The notes under the pieces: generated by a model
Seen by the model: the letters and a program-made list of their open reading frames with translations, nothing else
The model's database searches: none
Told to the model about the DNA's origin: nothing
NCBI RefSeq assembly: GCF_018977255.1
Contig: NW_024704743.1
Location: 61,444,001-61,508,000 of the forward strand
DNA length: 64,000 bases
Direction: 5' to 3'
DNA from: Callorhinchus milii
Taxonomy: Eukaryota
Part shown: one piece after another, positions 1 through 13,020 of the stretch
How positions within the stretch are numbered: the first letter of the stretch is position 1
Layout of the letters: each line of letters opens with the position of its first letter
Program-made: the position numbers and the translations under genes

Positions 1-309
1 GTTTTTCAGCCGACTTAAAGAAAATGCAAAAATTTGCTCCTTGCCCAGAATAGATGGTGGGAATTGAGAGACAGAAACAAAAAAGGGAATGGGTTCAAAA
101 AGCTTGAAATAATTAGGAAGAAATGGTTAGAACAGATATAGAATACATAGAAAATACTATTAATAATAATCCTTGCATTTGATAAAGCGCCATATATCAT
201 TGAGATGTGACAGAATGCCTCACAGAATAAAACTGAAGTCAGAATTCATAACGATAATAATAATCATTGCATCTTATTATTTATTAAACATCTATTTATT
301 CGATTGGCA

Positions 310-578
310 GATTGCTTTTCTGGGATAATAATAATAATAATATAATATTATTATTATTATTATATTATTATTATTATTATTATATATAATAACCCCTTTT
401 AAAAAAATAATAATTTGGTCACTCAATCCACGACTGTTTTTGGGACACTGCTGTGCTGCCTTTCGCCCACAAATATACAGTCAATTCACTTTACAGTATA
501 TTCTGTGATGCGCTTTGAGACATCTTGACAACGTGATAAGGCATCAACTGCATGGATTATTTTTATTTATTATTATTT
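310..578 (+). mobile_element. SINE 3' half with expanded (AAT)n/(ATT)n tract
   Basis: ttggtcactcaatccacgactgtt...cagtcaattcactttacagt...gattatt matches the full copies elsewhere in the window. Confidence 0.8.
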
Positions 579-1276
579 AATAGTGGCTTTCACACCAGGA
601 AGACACCCAAAACACATCACGAGATATATTGTGTAGTGGAGTAACTGTTTTGTGGGCCAGGAGATCTTTAATGTCTATCTGAACAAGCAAACTGGGCCTC
701 TATTTAACATCTCAATTGAAGAAAGGATGAATTCAAAAGAAAAGAATGGAAGAAAAAATTGGATAGCAGGGTGTGCCCAGAAAGTTTTTAAACTGTTTAA
801 TTCAAGTTGTGTTACTCTTATTTATTTTAATAGCTTAATATTAGAAATAAGCAACCCTTATTTTTAAGTAGTTTTATTCATGTTTTGCAGCATTTTAATG
901 CAAATTGAAAATATGCAGAATGGGTCAACCCACAGAGACTAGTGTTTTTATGGTGGAAATATCAGGTTATTATTATTGACTCTGAATTGCAGCAATATCT
1001 AGCAGCTAGCAATTACTTCTGTCTGTCACACTAGCCTGTGGGAATTCTGTTCCAGAAGCAAGTTACAAGTTGATGCATTTCCAGTTACTGGGAGAAGCCA
1101 CTATCTTGTTACAAATACCACATTCTTAAGACATCATGGAGCAGGTCAGATGAAGTACGTCTGGTTACCAGAAGGGGTCCTCATTTGTGAGACTCTGGTA
1201 CTTTATTAAGGAATTCCATTAATAAATATGACACAGTATGAACCAATATTTACATGACTAATTAAAGGCAACGTAC

Positions 1277-1447
1277 CTCTGAAAAGCGCTGGACATCCTG
1301 GGTTAGGGTCCCCGCCCTACGCCATTGAAAGCTTTTCAGGAACTTGACAACCGCAGGATTGACAGCATTATCTGACGGCACAGTCCGGAAGAAATAAGGA
1401 TATTTTTTCTTATCAGCAAGGACGGGTGTGGTGGCAGCGAAGGAAAG
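1277..1447 (-). CDS. GABBR2: GABA-B receptor subunit 2 (or close paralog), internal exon matching human exon 3, Venus flytrap domain
   Basis: The minus strand reads ttacag|CTT...GAG|gtacgt, 171 nt, phase 0/0. It translates to [57 protein letters not shown], which matches the remembered human GABBR2 segment [57 protein letters not shown]. Missed by the ORF track. Confidence 0.95.
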
Positions 1448-2496
1448 CTGTAAGAAATATTACAACGCTGTCAGTCACACAATAAGATCTGTTCCTCACG
1501 CTGTCCAAACATGCTCAGAATGTAATTGCCAGTAATGGTATGATCAGAACCGTCCAAGTAAGTCCAATAAAACATTTATTACATGTGTGGCATCCTCACA
1601 GTGGAAAAGTGTCAAAAGTGGACTTGGCTCTTGGCTCTTAATTTCTTCTGTTGCTAAACAATTCTAAATGTGGTGAAACCGTATCCGATTATACAATGCA
1701 TCATTTTAAAAAAAACTGCAAAAATCTCCAAGGATTTGACAATTTTTATGATAGGTTTCAAAGAGCTGTGCTCCTGTAACTGATCAGAAGAGATCAGGTA
1801 AGGTCAGGTCCATATTATTGATGCATACCACACAGTACAAGAGCAAGGGAAAAGATATATAACATTGTATAACGATATTGATGGGAATGAAACGTATCCA
1901 AATTTATTTTTCAATGTTTGTAGTAAATTAGTAGCTGCTCTGAAACTACGTTGGGTACTGACTGACATAGTAAAATGCCATCTGGGCACACTCAATGCAA
2001 TGGAGCAATAAACATCTTTGCAGCATGAATAATGCACATTCAGTAGGAAACAGAATGGAATAAAAAGCACTAGACTCCTCTGATCAAAATCTCAAAATTT
2101 TTGTGGCATTATTTCCATAGAGGGTGAAAATATACCTCACCTCCTTAAAAAATAGCTGAGCTAGTGGGTAAAATGATTGGGCAACACCTGTGGTACTCCT
2201 GTGGTAATCCATTTGCTTAACTTGTTTAAAGGATGTTTTAAGGTCAGTTATGTGTCTCTCCAGTGAAGCAGTTTGTTTGTCTCAGGGACTTAGCACTGTT
2301 GTTTTCTGACCTTGATGTGATTGCAGTTTTATTTTGTAAATTTTGGTATACATATCAGGCCTTAGGCTGTTTTATTTGCTTTTTTCATATTTTCAGGCCA
2401 ATCATGCATGGTTGCTGAAAGTTAATTTTATGGCCGCGGAGAGCACAGATCCTAGTTTCCTAGTCCTCTCTATCCTGGGATAGTATTTATTATAGA

Positions 2497-2914
2497 AATA
2501 ACATTCTTTGCAATTGATATAGCGCTCTATTACATCAACAAGACTTGTCAAAGCACTTCACAGGATTTACTGTGAAGTGCAGTGGCTGTATTTGTAGGTG
2601 AACACAGTAGCCAATTTGTACACAGCATTGTCTCACAAACAGTCATGAAGTGAATGATCAATTTTATTTGGGGGATTGGGCCAGGACACTGGGAGAAACT
2701 CTCATCCTTTTTCGAATAGTATCATGAGATCTTGACTATCCACCTGAACAGGAAGACGAGACCTTGGTTTAACATCTCATCTGGAGGACAGCATCTTCAA
2801 CCATGCAGCATTCCCTTAGCAATGCACTGTGATTTCAAAATCCCAATGGGGGACTTGAACCCACAACTTTGGGACTCAGAGGCAAGAGTGCTGCCAAGTG
2901 AGCAACCCTGACAA
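2497..2914 (-). mobile_element. Older Deu-type tRNA-derived SINE
   Basis: Reverse complement shows a tRNA-like head (gcactcttgcctctgagtc...ggttcaagtccc), a Deu-like body and an L2-like tail. Confidence 0.75.
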
Positions 2915-3340
2915 TAGCCTGGAGATATTTATGTGTACTGCCCTCTCTCACCGAGAGCTGATGAAAGGCTGTGTTGAATAAGTAGGTAACTGGTACAGAA
3001 TACATATTATATGTTTTAATGCTGTTAAAGAACAGGGAAAATCACTACCTAACTAGTTCTCTGACATTCAAATGCTTAAGTTCTCTCAAAATCAGCTGCA
3101 ATACAAACACACTATAAACTGTGTTTGGTTTAAGAAAGTGAGGCTGGGTATAAATCCATTTCATTTTAAAGCAGGTTTATGTTGCTCTTTAACACCAATC
3201 AATCGAGAAAATGGGGTCAAACTAACACTACCTGTGCCATTTAAATAAGATATGACTGTCTCTAAATGTTTCCTGCGCAATATTGAAATACAATTAATGT
3301 CCTAGAGAAGCAGCAATTTGCATTCAATACGAGATTTAAT

Positions 3341-3713
3341 TAATAATAATACTTGCATTTGATATAGCGCTTTTCATGACAGGAGGATATCTCAAAGTGC
3401 TTGATGGGATTTACTGTGAAGTGCAATGACTGTGTATTTGTAGGTGAATGCGACAGCCAAATCGCACATAGCAATGTCTCTCACAACAGCCAAATTTTAT
3501 TTGGAGGGATTGTTGGCAATGCCATGGGATTTTTAACATTCACCTGAAGAGGCACCTCCGACAACAGAACTGAAGGATGGCACCTCCAACAGTGTAACAC
3601 TCCCCCAGTGGAGAGTCATCGTAGACACATGAGTTGAAGTACCAATGTGTTGCTTGAATCCACAACTTTCTGACTCAGAGGCGAGGGAACTATCAATTGA
3701 GCCAGGCTGACAC
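3341..3713 (-). mobile_element. Older Deu-type SINE
   Basis: Same head and tail blocks as the 2497-2914 copy. Confidence 0.75.
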
Positions 3714-3939
3714 AAGATTGAGTTTCTGTCAACATCAGGCAGGCATTTTGAAAATTAACAGACAAAAAGCTCCATAATTCAATCCATTCCTAGCCTTGAG
3801 ACCATCCTGTCATTTTGTTTAAGATTGCTCAGAATTGTGACACATTGTTAAATTGACTACTAAATTGGAAGCTGGTCTGTTTGTGAACTGTGGAAATTAA
3901 TAGTAAATTTGAATATTTCCTGCCATTCTGCATATAGTG

Positions 3940-4354
3940 TTAGGCTGGCTTCATCTGTAGCAATCTCACTTTTGAGCCAGGTGGGTTCATGCCCTATGTT
4001 AGGATTTTGAATTTACAGTCTAGGCTGACACTCCAATAAAGTGCTGGGGGAGCACTGCACCATCAGAGATGCCCTGTTTTGCTTGAGACATTAAACTGAG
4101 GTCCGATCTGCATGTTCAGGTAATAGATGCCATGGCACTAATCAAAAAGAGAAGTTTCTCTCAGTGTCCTGCCCAATCATTCCACCCTATAAAATTGGTT
4201 ATTCACTTCATTGCTGTTTGTGGGACATTGTTGAATGCAAATTGGCTGCTGGGTTTTCCTACAGTCATTACACTTTATAGTAAATTTTATGATGTGATTT
4301 GAGACTTCCGACTGCCTTGCAAGGAGCTATATCCAAATGTAAGAATTATTATTA
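3940..4354 (+). mobile_element. Older Deu-type SINE
   Basis: ggctgacactcc...cattaaactgaggtcc...gctgtttgtgggacattg...aattattatta. Confidence 0.75.
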
Positions 4355-5289
4355 CAGTTGAGGACAAAATGGTTTAAAGGACTAAAGCTAGGTGGGATTT
4401 CAGGCCCAAACCCAACTCAATTGGCATTTTTATTTTCTTGTGCCTGACTCAAAGCAAGTTACAGTACCGAAATCCCTGTGGTTATGATGACTTTGATTTG
4501 AATCTTTGTATGTATTTCCGGTGGTGAGATAACAAAAAATCAAAGATTTTGTTTTATTGATTATGAACTTAAAATTTTAGTTTTGATTTTGGCAACCAGG
4601 AGGTTAGTCTCAGTCCCCGAGTAGAAAGACTCTGAATTTTGTCCACGGTATTTGTTAGGGACGACCCGGGCCAGTTTATTCTATAGCATCTTGTGAGCTC
4701 AAACCCAATGAAGAGATCTTGTAGCAAAATAAATTTGATAAATTATAGGCAAGACTTCAGTGGGAGCTCAGTGAGACCTCACCCTAAAAGCTAAGCTTTG
4801 ACGTACCACAAGTTCAATATGCTGAGGTCACATGTGTCAATCGATTTGCCGTCAAAGAAGTGTACATTTTGTTTTCAATTTGAATCATGTCGTGATTTAA
4901 AATAAAACTGGTTAATAAATCAACTTTCAATTTTAACCCAAATCATTGAATAATTTAGTGGCAGGCAGTAACATTAGAAAGTGTTGATTCTTTATTATTC
5001 CACTCCTGTTTATACAGACTCCTCTGGTATGAGATGTAAAATGGATACAATCCAATCAACCACACAGCGCCTTGATTCTCAGTGATGCCTGCTTTAGTGC
5101 CACACACAGGCTCTGTTGGGAAGATGGAGCCAATCGCAAAAATATTAAAGAACTCAATTGCAACTCTTCATTTATCATATTTGTTTATTTCTACTTAAGA
5201 ACAAGAATAAACAATTCAGTCTGTCGAGCCAACTTCGCCACTCTGTGTCAATAAAAGTGGTAAAGCGCAGAGCTCAAGCACTCTTTCTA

Positions 5290-5540
5290 AAGGCATTTAT
5301 TGTTGGAGAATTGTTTTCATGCATCGTGGTTAGGATGTGACATGCCCTGCTGGAAGCGAGGGTTGAGACACATGCCATATTAGTTTTCAAAAGGGAATAG
5401 ATAAATACCTTAAAAGCAGTAAATTAATGGAGCATGAGGAAAATGTGGGTAAATGGGACTGAAATGATTGCTCTTAAAAGATCCAGCACAAACACAATGA
5501 GTTGAATGGCCTACTTCTGTGCTGTAAATTTGTATGTTTC
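5290..5540 (+). mobile_element. CR1 LINE 3' end, degraded
   Basis: ttttcaaaagggaatagataaatac...gaatggcctacttctgtgctgtaaatt resembles the tail of the CR1 at 11160-12447. Confidence 0.6.
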
Positions 5541-5959
5541 CATTGACTAAAGTTGACGGTTACAAGTATACTCAAGGCAATATTCTGCAGCTGTGATATT
5601 AAAGCATTTGTTTTAACAATGCAAAGTTTTTATGTAATCTCTATAGTTATTACATCTACCAATAAATTATTGTAAGGTTAACCCACTTCCAGTTTTAGTC
5701 TGTCTTCTGGACAGTCTGTTTTTATTGTCGTCTGCAAATGTCTAAAACATGTAAACCTTACACAAAAGTCTAGCTTTTAAAATGAAATCTGATTCTTCCC
5801 TTTTCTCTGTGGATTTTTGATACAGAGGTGTTAGTTATCAAGGTTATAAAGTTATTCATTGCAAGCAACCTTCGGAAATAGGAAAAAGTCCTTTTACATT
5901 CCTGCACCCTCTCCTCGGCTACTAAAATAATTATTATATGCTGTCCTGTTCAGCCTACT

Positions 5960-7165
5960 CAATCCTCCTCCACCACCTCCCCTCCCACCTCAACCTTCAA
6001 GGTTCTGTCCTTGACTGGTTCAGGTCCTACCTTTCACACCGCCACCACTTCGTCGCGGAAAACGGCTTCTCCTCCAGCCCCTGCACCGTCTTGTGCGGTA
6101 TTCCTCAGGGCTCTATCCTCAGTCCCCCCCTCTTCACCCTCTACATGCTCCCCCTTGGTGACATCATCCGGAGACATAGGGTAAATTTCCACATGTATGT
6201 GGATGACACCCAACTCTATCTCTCCACCTCCACCCTCAACTCCAGGACCACTGGTGTCCTGACTGACTGCCTGTCTGACATCAAGTCCTGGATGAGGGAC
6301 AACTTTCTCCTACTGAACGTCAGCAAGACCGAGGCCCTTCTGATTGGCTCGCGCCAGCACCTCCGCACCTCAGGCGTTGGCAGCATCAGCCTCCATGGCT
6401 GCACACTCAACCTCAATAAGCCAGTCAAGAACCTGGGTGTCTTGTTTGACCCTGAATTGCCCTTTCTTCCCCACATCCGCGCCATGACCAGCACTGCCAA
6501 CATTGACAGACTCTGCCACTGCCTCACCCCTCAGGCTGCTGAAACCATCACCCACTCATTCGTCACCTCAAGTTTCAATTACGGGAACTCCCTCCTCATC
6601 GGCCTTCCCAACTCTTCCCTTCACAAGCTGCAGATCATCCAAAACTTTGCAGCTCGTGTGCTCTCATGCACCAGGCTCCATGACCCCATCACTCCCACCA
6701 TTGCCCGACTCCACTGGCTTCCCATCCCCCAGAGGATCGAGTTCAAGATCCTCGTCCTCACCTTTAAGGCCATCCATGGCCTTGCCCTCTCCTACCTCTC
6801 TGACCTGCTGACTCCCTACCAACCTCCCCGCTCCCTCCATTCAGTGGGCTCTGGTCTGCTCCATGTCTCCCGCCCAACCCGCCCTGCCCTGCCATCGGTG
6901 GCCGGGCTTTCAGCCTCTCTGCCCCCACACTCTGGAACTCCATCCCACCTCGCTTCACCTCGCTTCCTCCCTTGCATCCTTCAAGGCCGGTCTCAAGACC
7001 CTTCTCTTCGACCATGTCTGTGGTTGGCCTCCCACCTCTCTGCCTTCCCTCACCCATACACCACCCCTCCCCCATGCTCGGGCCCCGACACCTGACTGTT
7101 CAGCGCTTTGGGACATCCTCCCAACGTGAAAGACGCTCTATAAATGTAATTTTGTTGTTGTGTTG
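5960..7165 (+). mobile_element. 5'-truncated L2 LINE (RT C-terminal part, 3' UTR and (TTG)n tail)
   Basis: [27 protein letters not shown] (YADD mutated) and [13 protein letters not shown], with a small deletion and a late frameshift; tail gcgctttgggacatcctcccaacgtgaaag...ttgttgttg. Confidence 0.95.
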
Positions 7166-7361
7166 TTTTTGTACTTTGTTCCTCCTATTGTGTTCAATGG
7201 CATTACTAGTGCTGATCCATTATAAGCCTATTATAACTTCACTGTTACTACAGAAAACATGGCCTCCTCTGGCTGGGCATATTTGGTTTAGATTGCCATT
7301 GGTAGCTCCTGAAGCAACCACCCAATTAATAACGCTTGCATTTTGTTATAGCACCCCATTA

Positions 7362-7732
7362 CTGTAGCTCAGTGGTTTGAGCACTCGCCTCCCAAGCAAG
7401 AGACTCGGATTCAATTCCCATCAGGGCAAATGTTAGGCAAATTTCCTTCCTCCATACACCTGTTTAGCTAGCAGTAAGTAGGAATCCGGTTGTTAGTCAA
7501 TGGTAAATTGCTTTTCCGGGAGTAATAATTCCTTCAAAAAATAATAATAATAAATTGGTCACTTAATCCATGACTGTTTGTGGGACACTGCTGTGCGCAA
7601 TTGGCTGCCATGTTTCGCCCACAAATATACAGTCAATTCACTTTACAGTATATTCTGTAAAGCACTTTAAGATGTCTCGAAGATGTGATAAGGCACTATA
7701 TCAAATGTAAGGATTATTATTATTATTATTAT
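7362..7732 (+). mobile_element. tRNA-derived SINE, long variant
   Basis: A box tagctcagtgg, B-box-like gattcaattcc, an extra ctgtttagctagcagtaagtagg block and an (ATT)n tail. Confidence 0.9.
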
Positions 7733-8136
7733 CATGTCACCGAGACACTCAAAGTACTTTACAGGATTTTATTGTGAAACATATTGACTGTGTATTTATA
7801 GGCAAACGTGACAGCCAATTCGAGCACAGGAAAGTCCCACAAACAATCATGAATTGAATGACCAATTTTATTGGGAGGATTGTTGGTCAGGAGATCGAGA
7901 AAAACTCCCTTTTCTTGTTTTAAATAGTGCCATAGGATCTTTAACATCCACCTGAACAGTCAGAATGGACCTTGGTTTAACATCTCATCCAATGGACGAC
8001 ACCTCTGATAATGCAACACTCCGCAACACTGCATTGGAGTGTTGAATTAGATTGATTTCAAAGTCTTGAATTGGGGCTTTAACCCATAACTTGTGACTCT
8101 GAGGTGAGAGTGCTACCAACTGAGCCAGGCTGACAC
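7733..8136 (-). mobile_element. Older Deu-type SINE, tail-to-tail with the previous SINE
   Basis: Ends ctgagccaggctgacac (head on the minus strand); Deu-like body. Confidence 0.75.
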
Positions 8137-9029
8137 CTCACATTTTGATGGTTAGTACACAATCTGCAGAGACAACATCACCTTGTTTGCTTTACGTTCT
8201 GCTGACATCGGGGTGCTGCCAGTGCCAGGTGGTAAATTCAAGTAGATCAATAACTGCAGATGATAATTTGTGAAACTGTATTGCTTAAAGGAAATTTTGA
8301 GCAGAGTTGCTCAGTGGGAAATCTGAAGGGATTCTGTAATAAGGAATCCCACTAAAAATATCTTAAGTTAGACCTCTGTATCTGTTTAAAATTTGAGGTT
8401 AATGCATGTAGCTGGACAAGGCAGAGGAAAGGACGTCTGTGCCATAACTGACCTTGAGAGGTTTGGACTTTGACCCTGAAGGACAATTCTGTATTGTCTT
8501 TCCCAGCACTGATATAATTTACCTTAATAAAGTACAACCCCAAATATTCCATCACCATATTTTAAGTATTGAATCACTAAACTGGTTCAGTTTTGTCCCC
8601 AAATATACAGTCAATTCACTTTACAGCATATTCCGCTAAGCGCTTTGAGACATCTCGCCAATGTGATAAAATATATACCAATTACAAAAGTTATTATTAT
8701 TATTATGTGTACACTGAGATAAAATCTGTGGTATGCCTTTAATCATTCTTTAACTTCTTGAAGGAAAGTTTTAAATAACAATAGCAGGTGGTGCCCTCCC
8801 CAGATAAAATTAATCGTTCACTTCATGGCTATTTATGGAACATTGCTTGGACAAATTGACTGCCAGGTTTCCCTACAAATACATAGTCACTACAATTCAT
8901 AATAAAATCCTGTGAAGCACTTTGAGATGTCTTGATGACGTATTAAGGCACTATATTAAATGCAAGGATTATTATTATTTTAAGTGAAAAAGGTGCAAAT
9001 TTTAATCCAATAACACACCAGTATCCACC

Positions 9030-9212
9030 AAGCTGGTTTTGACCTCTTCGCCCATGCCTTTGGTTACCCTCTTTCCTCCTCTGCCCTCCGCCCTCCCTGA
9101 TCCCGAATCCCAGCTCGGGTCCAAAACACTGATTGTCTAGCGCCTTGGCATGCCTTCACAATATGAAAGGCCCTATACAAATGTCATTTTTGTTTGTTTG
9201 TTTGTTTGTTGT
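9030..9212 (+). mobile_element. L2 3' tail fragment
   Basis: CT-rich UTR, cccagctcgggtcc, gcgccttgg...tgaaaggc and a (GTTT)n end. Confidence 0.7.
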
Positions 9213-9289
9213 GCTTTGACAATCTTTGCAAAGAAGTTCTGTTTCATAAAGATTATGGTTTAAACCTCTCCACAGCAGTGATTCTAGCC

Positions 9290-9329
9290 TGCAGTCTGAT
9301 GCTGTCAACGTGACGAAACATCAAGACTT
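9290..9329 (+). ncRNA. Degenerate Penelope-type minimal hammerhead ribozyme motif (probably inactive)
   Basis: CTGATGc-T-GTCA-acg-TGAC-GAAAC-ATC: stem II intact, A9 changed to C, and GAAACATC consistent with CpG decay of GAAACGTC. Confidence 0.5.
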
Positions 9330-11159
9330 AAATGAGATTTAACATCGAAAAGAGTGAGACAGATTACATATCCAGTTGCAAAGCTACGCTCCGTTTTAGA
9401 CGAGAAAGAGCAAGATACCAACATCAGTTGCCTTAATAAACAAAAGTGAAGGTCTTTTCTGGCAATCCGTTTTCACATTGAGAATAGTTGGAGGAATAGT
9501 TGTGAGCAAAGGCTGATAATTCCAGTCATTAATTATTCTATGGGTAAAGAAAAAAATCTTGATATCTGTCCTTAAAATGCCCTTGGCAACTCAAAGGTAA
9601 AACTAGGTAGAATCTGCTATTGGAATCTAGGATAGTAGATGAGAAGCCATCTTGTTTTGGCTTACCTATTGGAATATTTTCCTTGCAAACAGCAATTCAT
9701 TACCACAATGTCCCTTTAAGAGGAGCGAGTGCATTGTATTCTGGATGCCTGCGGTTTGCCCTGATATTTCAGATTGAATAAATAATCTCTCCACAGCACC
9801 AGCACTAGTGCTGACCGGTGCTGAGCAGTTCCTTCGATCTGCCAATGACAGATGTCTGGTAAGAATATTGTGTCTGAAGCAGCAGCTGAGTTCCTGTGTG
9901 CCAACTCAGTAAATCTGTGCCGTGCTGCCCCCAGATCATTTCAATTCCCTCACAAGCTCTGTCCTTAACCTGAGGCGTCAGTCCACTGCTACACTGTGTA
10001 TAAGACCCAGGGAAAAAACAACCGCATCAAAAGAGCTAGAACAAGGCCGAGGCCACTCACAAACGTCCTCACAGCCCTCAGACGCCACTGACAGTAATAT
10101 ACGTCTGGTTCATCTGCCTTTACTCAGAACTTTTCCTCCAACTATCCTCAATGTGAGAAGTTAAGTTTTTCAAACAGCACTGCACAGAACAATTATCTGG
10201 ATAAATATTATTTTAAATACTGTACATAATTTTATTCAAGCAACACCTTCATAGTCACAACCCAGTATCTGGTGAACATATGATGAATAGGAGTGTTTTT
10301 TGTTTACAAAACCACCAGCCCATCCTGCATTTAATGTCATTGCTAATGAGTCATCTGATGCTAACACAAGGAGTCCTGCCAACAACTGGCAGTTTGTTTG
10401 TTGGGAGGATCCATAACAGGGGACACAAATATAAGATAACGACAAAATGGATCTAAAAGAGAATTGAGGAGGATCGTCTTAACATACAGGGTGGTGAGAA
10501 CTCACTGCCCGAAGCAATAGTTTAATGCAGATGCATTTAAAATGAAGATGAATATACACAATACAATACAAATTTACATTTATAGAGTGCCTCTCATTCA
10601 GGAGGATATCTTAACAGTACTGACTGGGCACCCGAGCTGGGGGTGGGAGACGAGGAGTGTGGGGAGGTGAAAGATGATTGAAAGTGCAGTCTAGAAGGTA
10701 GGTATTGAGACAGACCTTTTATTGAAGTGAGGGAGGGAGAAAGACAGGAGGACATCAGGATGGGTATACACATGAGAGAGGAGAGAACAGAAGGGAATAA
10801 TGAGTGGTGGTATCTCATGTGGAATATAAACATCAGCATGGACAGGTTGGGCCGAATGGTCTGTTTCCATGCTGAATGGTGTTGATGCTGGGTATACACA
10901 CTCTGCATACGTTATAGGTTAGGAGGCGGCTCTGGGATGGGGAAGAGAGCAAGGGCAGGAGAGTTAAATAAATATCTGCTGACAATCTATTTACTTACAA
11001 CAAAGTGGACCTCTGTACCCCTCTGGATTCGCTGTCAAGATTCATATTTTTGTGGGGATGGTGATCGGTGACAATCAATCATGCCAAACTAAACCCATTA
11101 GGCTTTGTGCTTTGTCAGACTGTTAGCAAGGTGATGGCTGAATTAAACAGCTTTGCTAA

Positions 11160-12447
11160 ACATGATAGAAAAATATGGTTCAACAAAGAACAGTCAACAT
11201 GGATTTGTTAAAGGCAGATCGTGTCTGACAAACCTAAAATAATTTTTTGATGAAGTGACTGAGAGGGTGGATGAAGGTGGTGAGGTAGATTATCTAGATT
11301 TTCAAAAGGCATTTGACAAAGTGCCACATAAGAGACTTATAAACAAAACAGAAGCCCGTGGCAACATAGATCCAGAACTGGCTACGAGACAGAAAGCAGA
11401 GAGTGGAAGTAAACGGTTGCTTTTCTGACTGAAGGGAGGTGTGTAGTGGTGTCCCTCAGGGGTCGGTATTGGGACCATTGCTCTTTCTGATCTATATTAA
11501 TGATCTGGACCTGGATATAGGGAGCACAATTTCCAAATTTGTAGATGATACGAAACTAGAACAAGTAGTTAATGGTGAGGAGAATAACACCACACTCCAA
11601 GAGGATTTAGACAGATTGGTAAAATGGGCAAAAACTGGCAGATGAGGTTTAATGTGGAGAAATGCGAAGTGTTGCATTTTGGTAGGAAGAATGAGGAGAG
11701 GCAGTATATGCTGATGGTAAAATCTTAAAGGGGCAAATGAACAGAGAGACCTGGGGGTCCACATGAGCAAATCTCTGAAGGTGGCAGGACAGGTAGATAA
11801 AAGTGTTAAAAAAAGCATACGAAATACTAGGTTTTATAAATAGGGGCATAGAATTCAAAAGTCAGGAGGTTATGTTGAATATTTATAAAATGCTGGTTAG
11901 GCCTCAGTTGGAGCACTGGGTTCAGTTCTGGACACGGCACTTTAGGAAAGATGTTAGGGCATTGGAGAGGGTGCAAAGGAGTTCACCAGGATGGTACCAG
12001 GAATGAAGGACCTTAGTTATGAGGAGAGGTTAGCGAAACTAGGATTATTCTCTCTAGAGCAGAGAAGATTAAGAGGGGATTTATAGAGGTTTTTAAAAGA
12101 TCATGAGAGGATTTTATAGGTTGAACGGGGATATACTGTTTCCACTGGCGGGTGGGTCAGTAACCCAAGAACACTGATTTAAGATAGTTGTTAAAAGAAA
12201 CAGAGGGGAGATTCGGAATTTTTTTTTCACCCAGTGAGTTGTTCGGATTTGGAATGCATTACCTGAAAAGGTAATGGAAACAGATTCAATAACAATTTTT
12301 GTAGCTGGGTATTTGGGGAGGACAGGATTGCAGGGCTATGGAGAAAAAGCGGGCCAGTGGGATTGAGTTGGATTGCTCTTTTTGAAGCCGGCGCAGGCAG
12401 GTGGGCCGAATGGCCTCTTTCTGTGCTGTATGATTCTATGATTCTAT
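11160..12447 (+). mobile_element. 5'-truncated CR1 LINE (RT region and tail), with stops and frameshifts
   Basis: [55 protein letters not shown] and LVRPQLE; (ATTCTATG)n tail. Confidence 0.95.
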
Positions 12448-12612
12448 AATGAGCTCAGCTGGCACATATATCAAGGCTATTGTTTTTAGAGAATGCCCCG
12501 TGGGAATCAAATACTTAAGTGAAAATTGTGAAATTTCTTAAAAGATTGAATTTGATGCACACTGAATGTGTTAAGATCCACAGAAACAGCCAATCTAGTG
12601 CTAAACACTGGT

Positions 12613-13020
12613 AATAATAATAATCCTTACATTTGGTATAGCACTTTTCAAGTCAAAAGGATGTCCCAAAGTGTTTCACAGGATATATCATACAGAGCAG
12701 TGACTTTGTGTTTTGTAGCCAAACATGGCAGCTAGTGATGCACAGCACAAATAACCATGAAGTGAATGATCAATTTCATTTGGGGGATTGTTCGCCAGCA
12801 GAACCGGGAGAGCCCCCCCTTCTCTTTTTGAATAGTGCCATGGGATCTTTAAGGTCCACCTCAACAGACAGACAGACCCTCAGTTTAATGTCTCATCTGA
12901 ATAATGGCATCTTCATCAATGCACACCCCCAGTCCCTCCAGCACGGCATTGCAGTGTCATCTTAAACTATAGGAGTTCCAAGACCCAACTTAAGGCTTGA
13001 ACCCACAACCTTCTGAGTCA
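12613..13020 (-). mobile_element. Older Deu-type SINE
   Basis: taataatccttacatttgg...atagtgccatgggatcttt...cttgaacccacaaccttctga. Confidence 0.75.

Noticed and set aside
1140..1200. Possible next GABBR2 exon (SLTNEDP versus SFSNDP)
   Set aside because: A stop follows immediately, there is no VRNDL start, and no matching splice sites.
1860..2010. hAT-like YPNLF peptide
   Set aside because: No ERxFS or other supporting motif follows.
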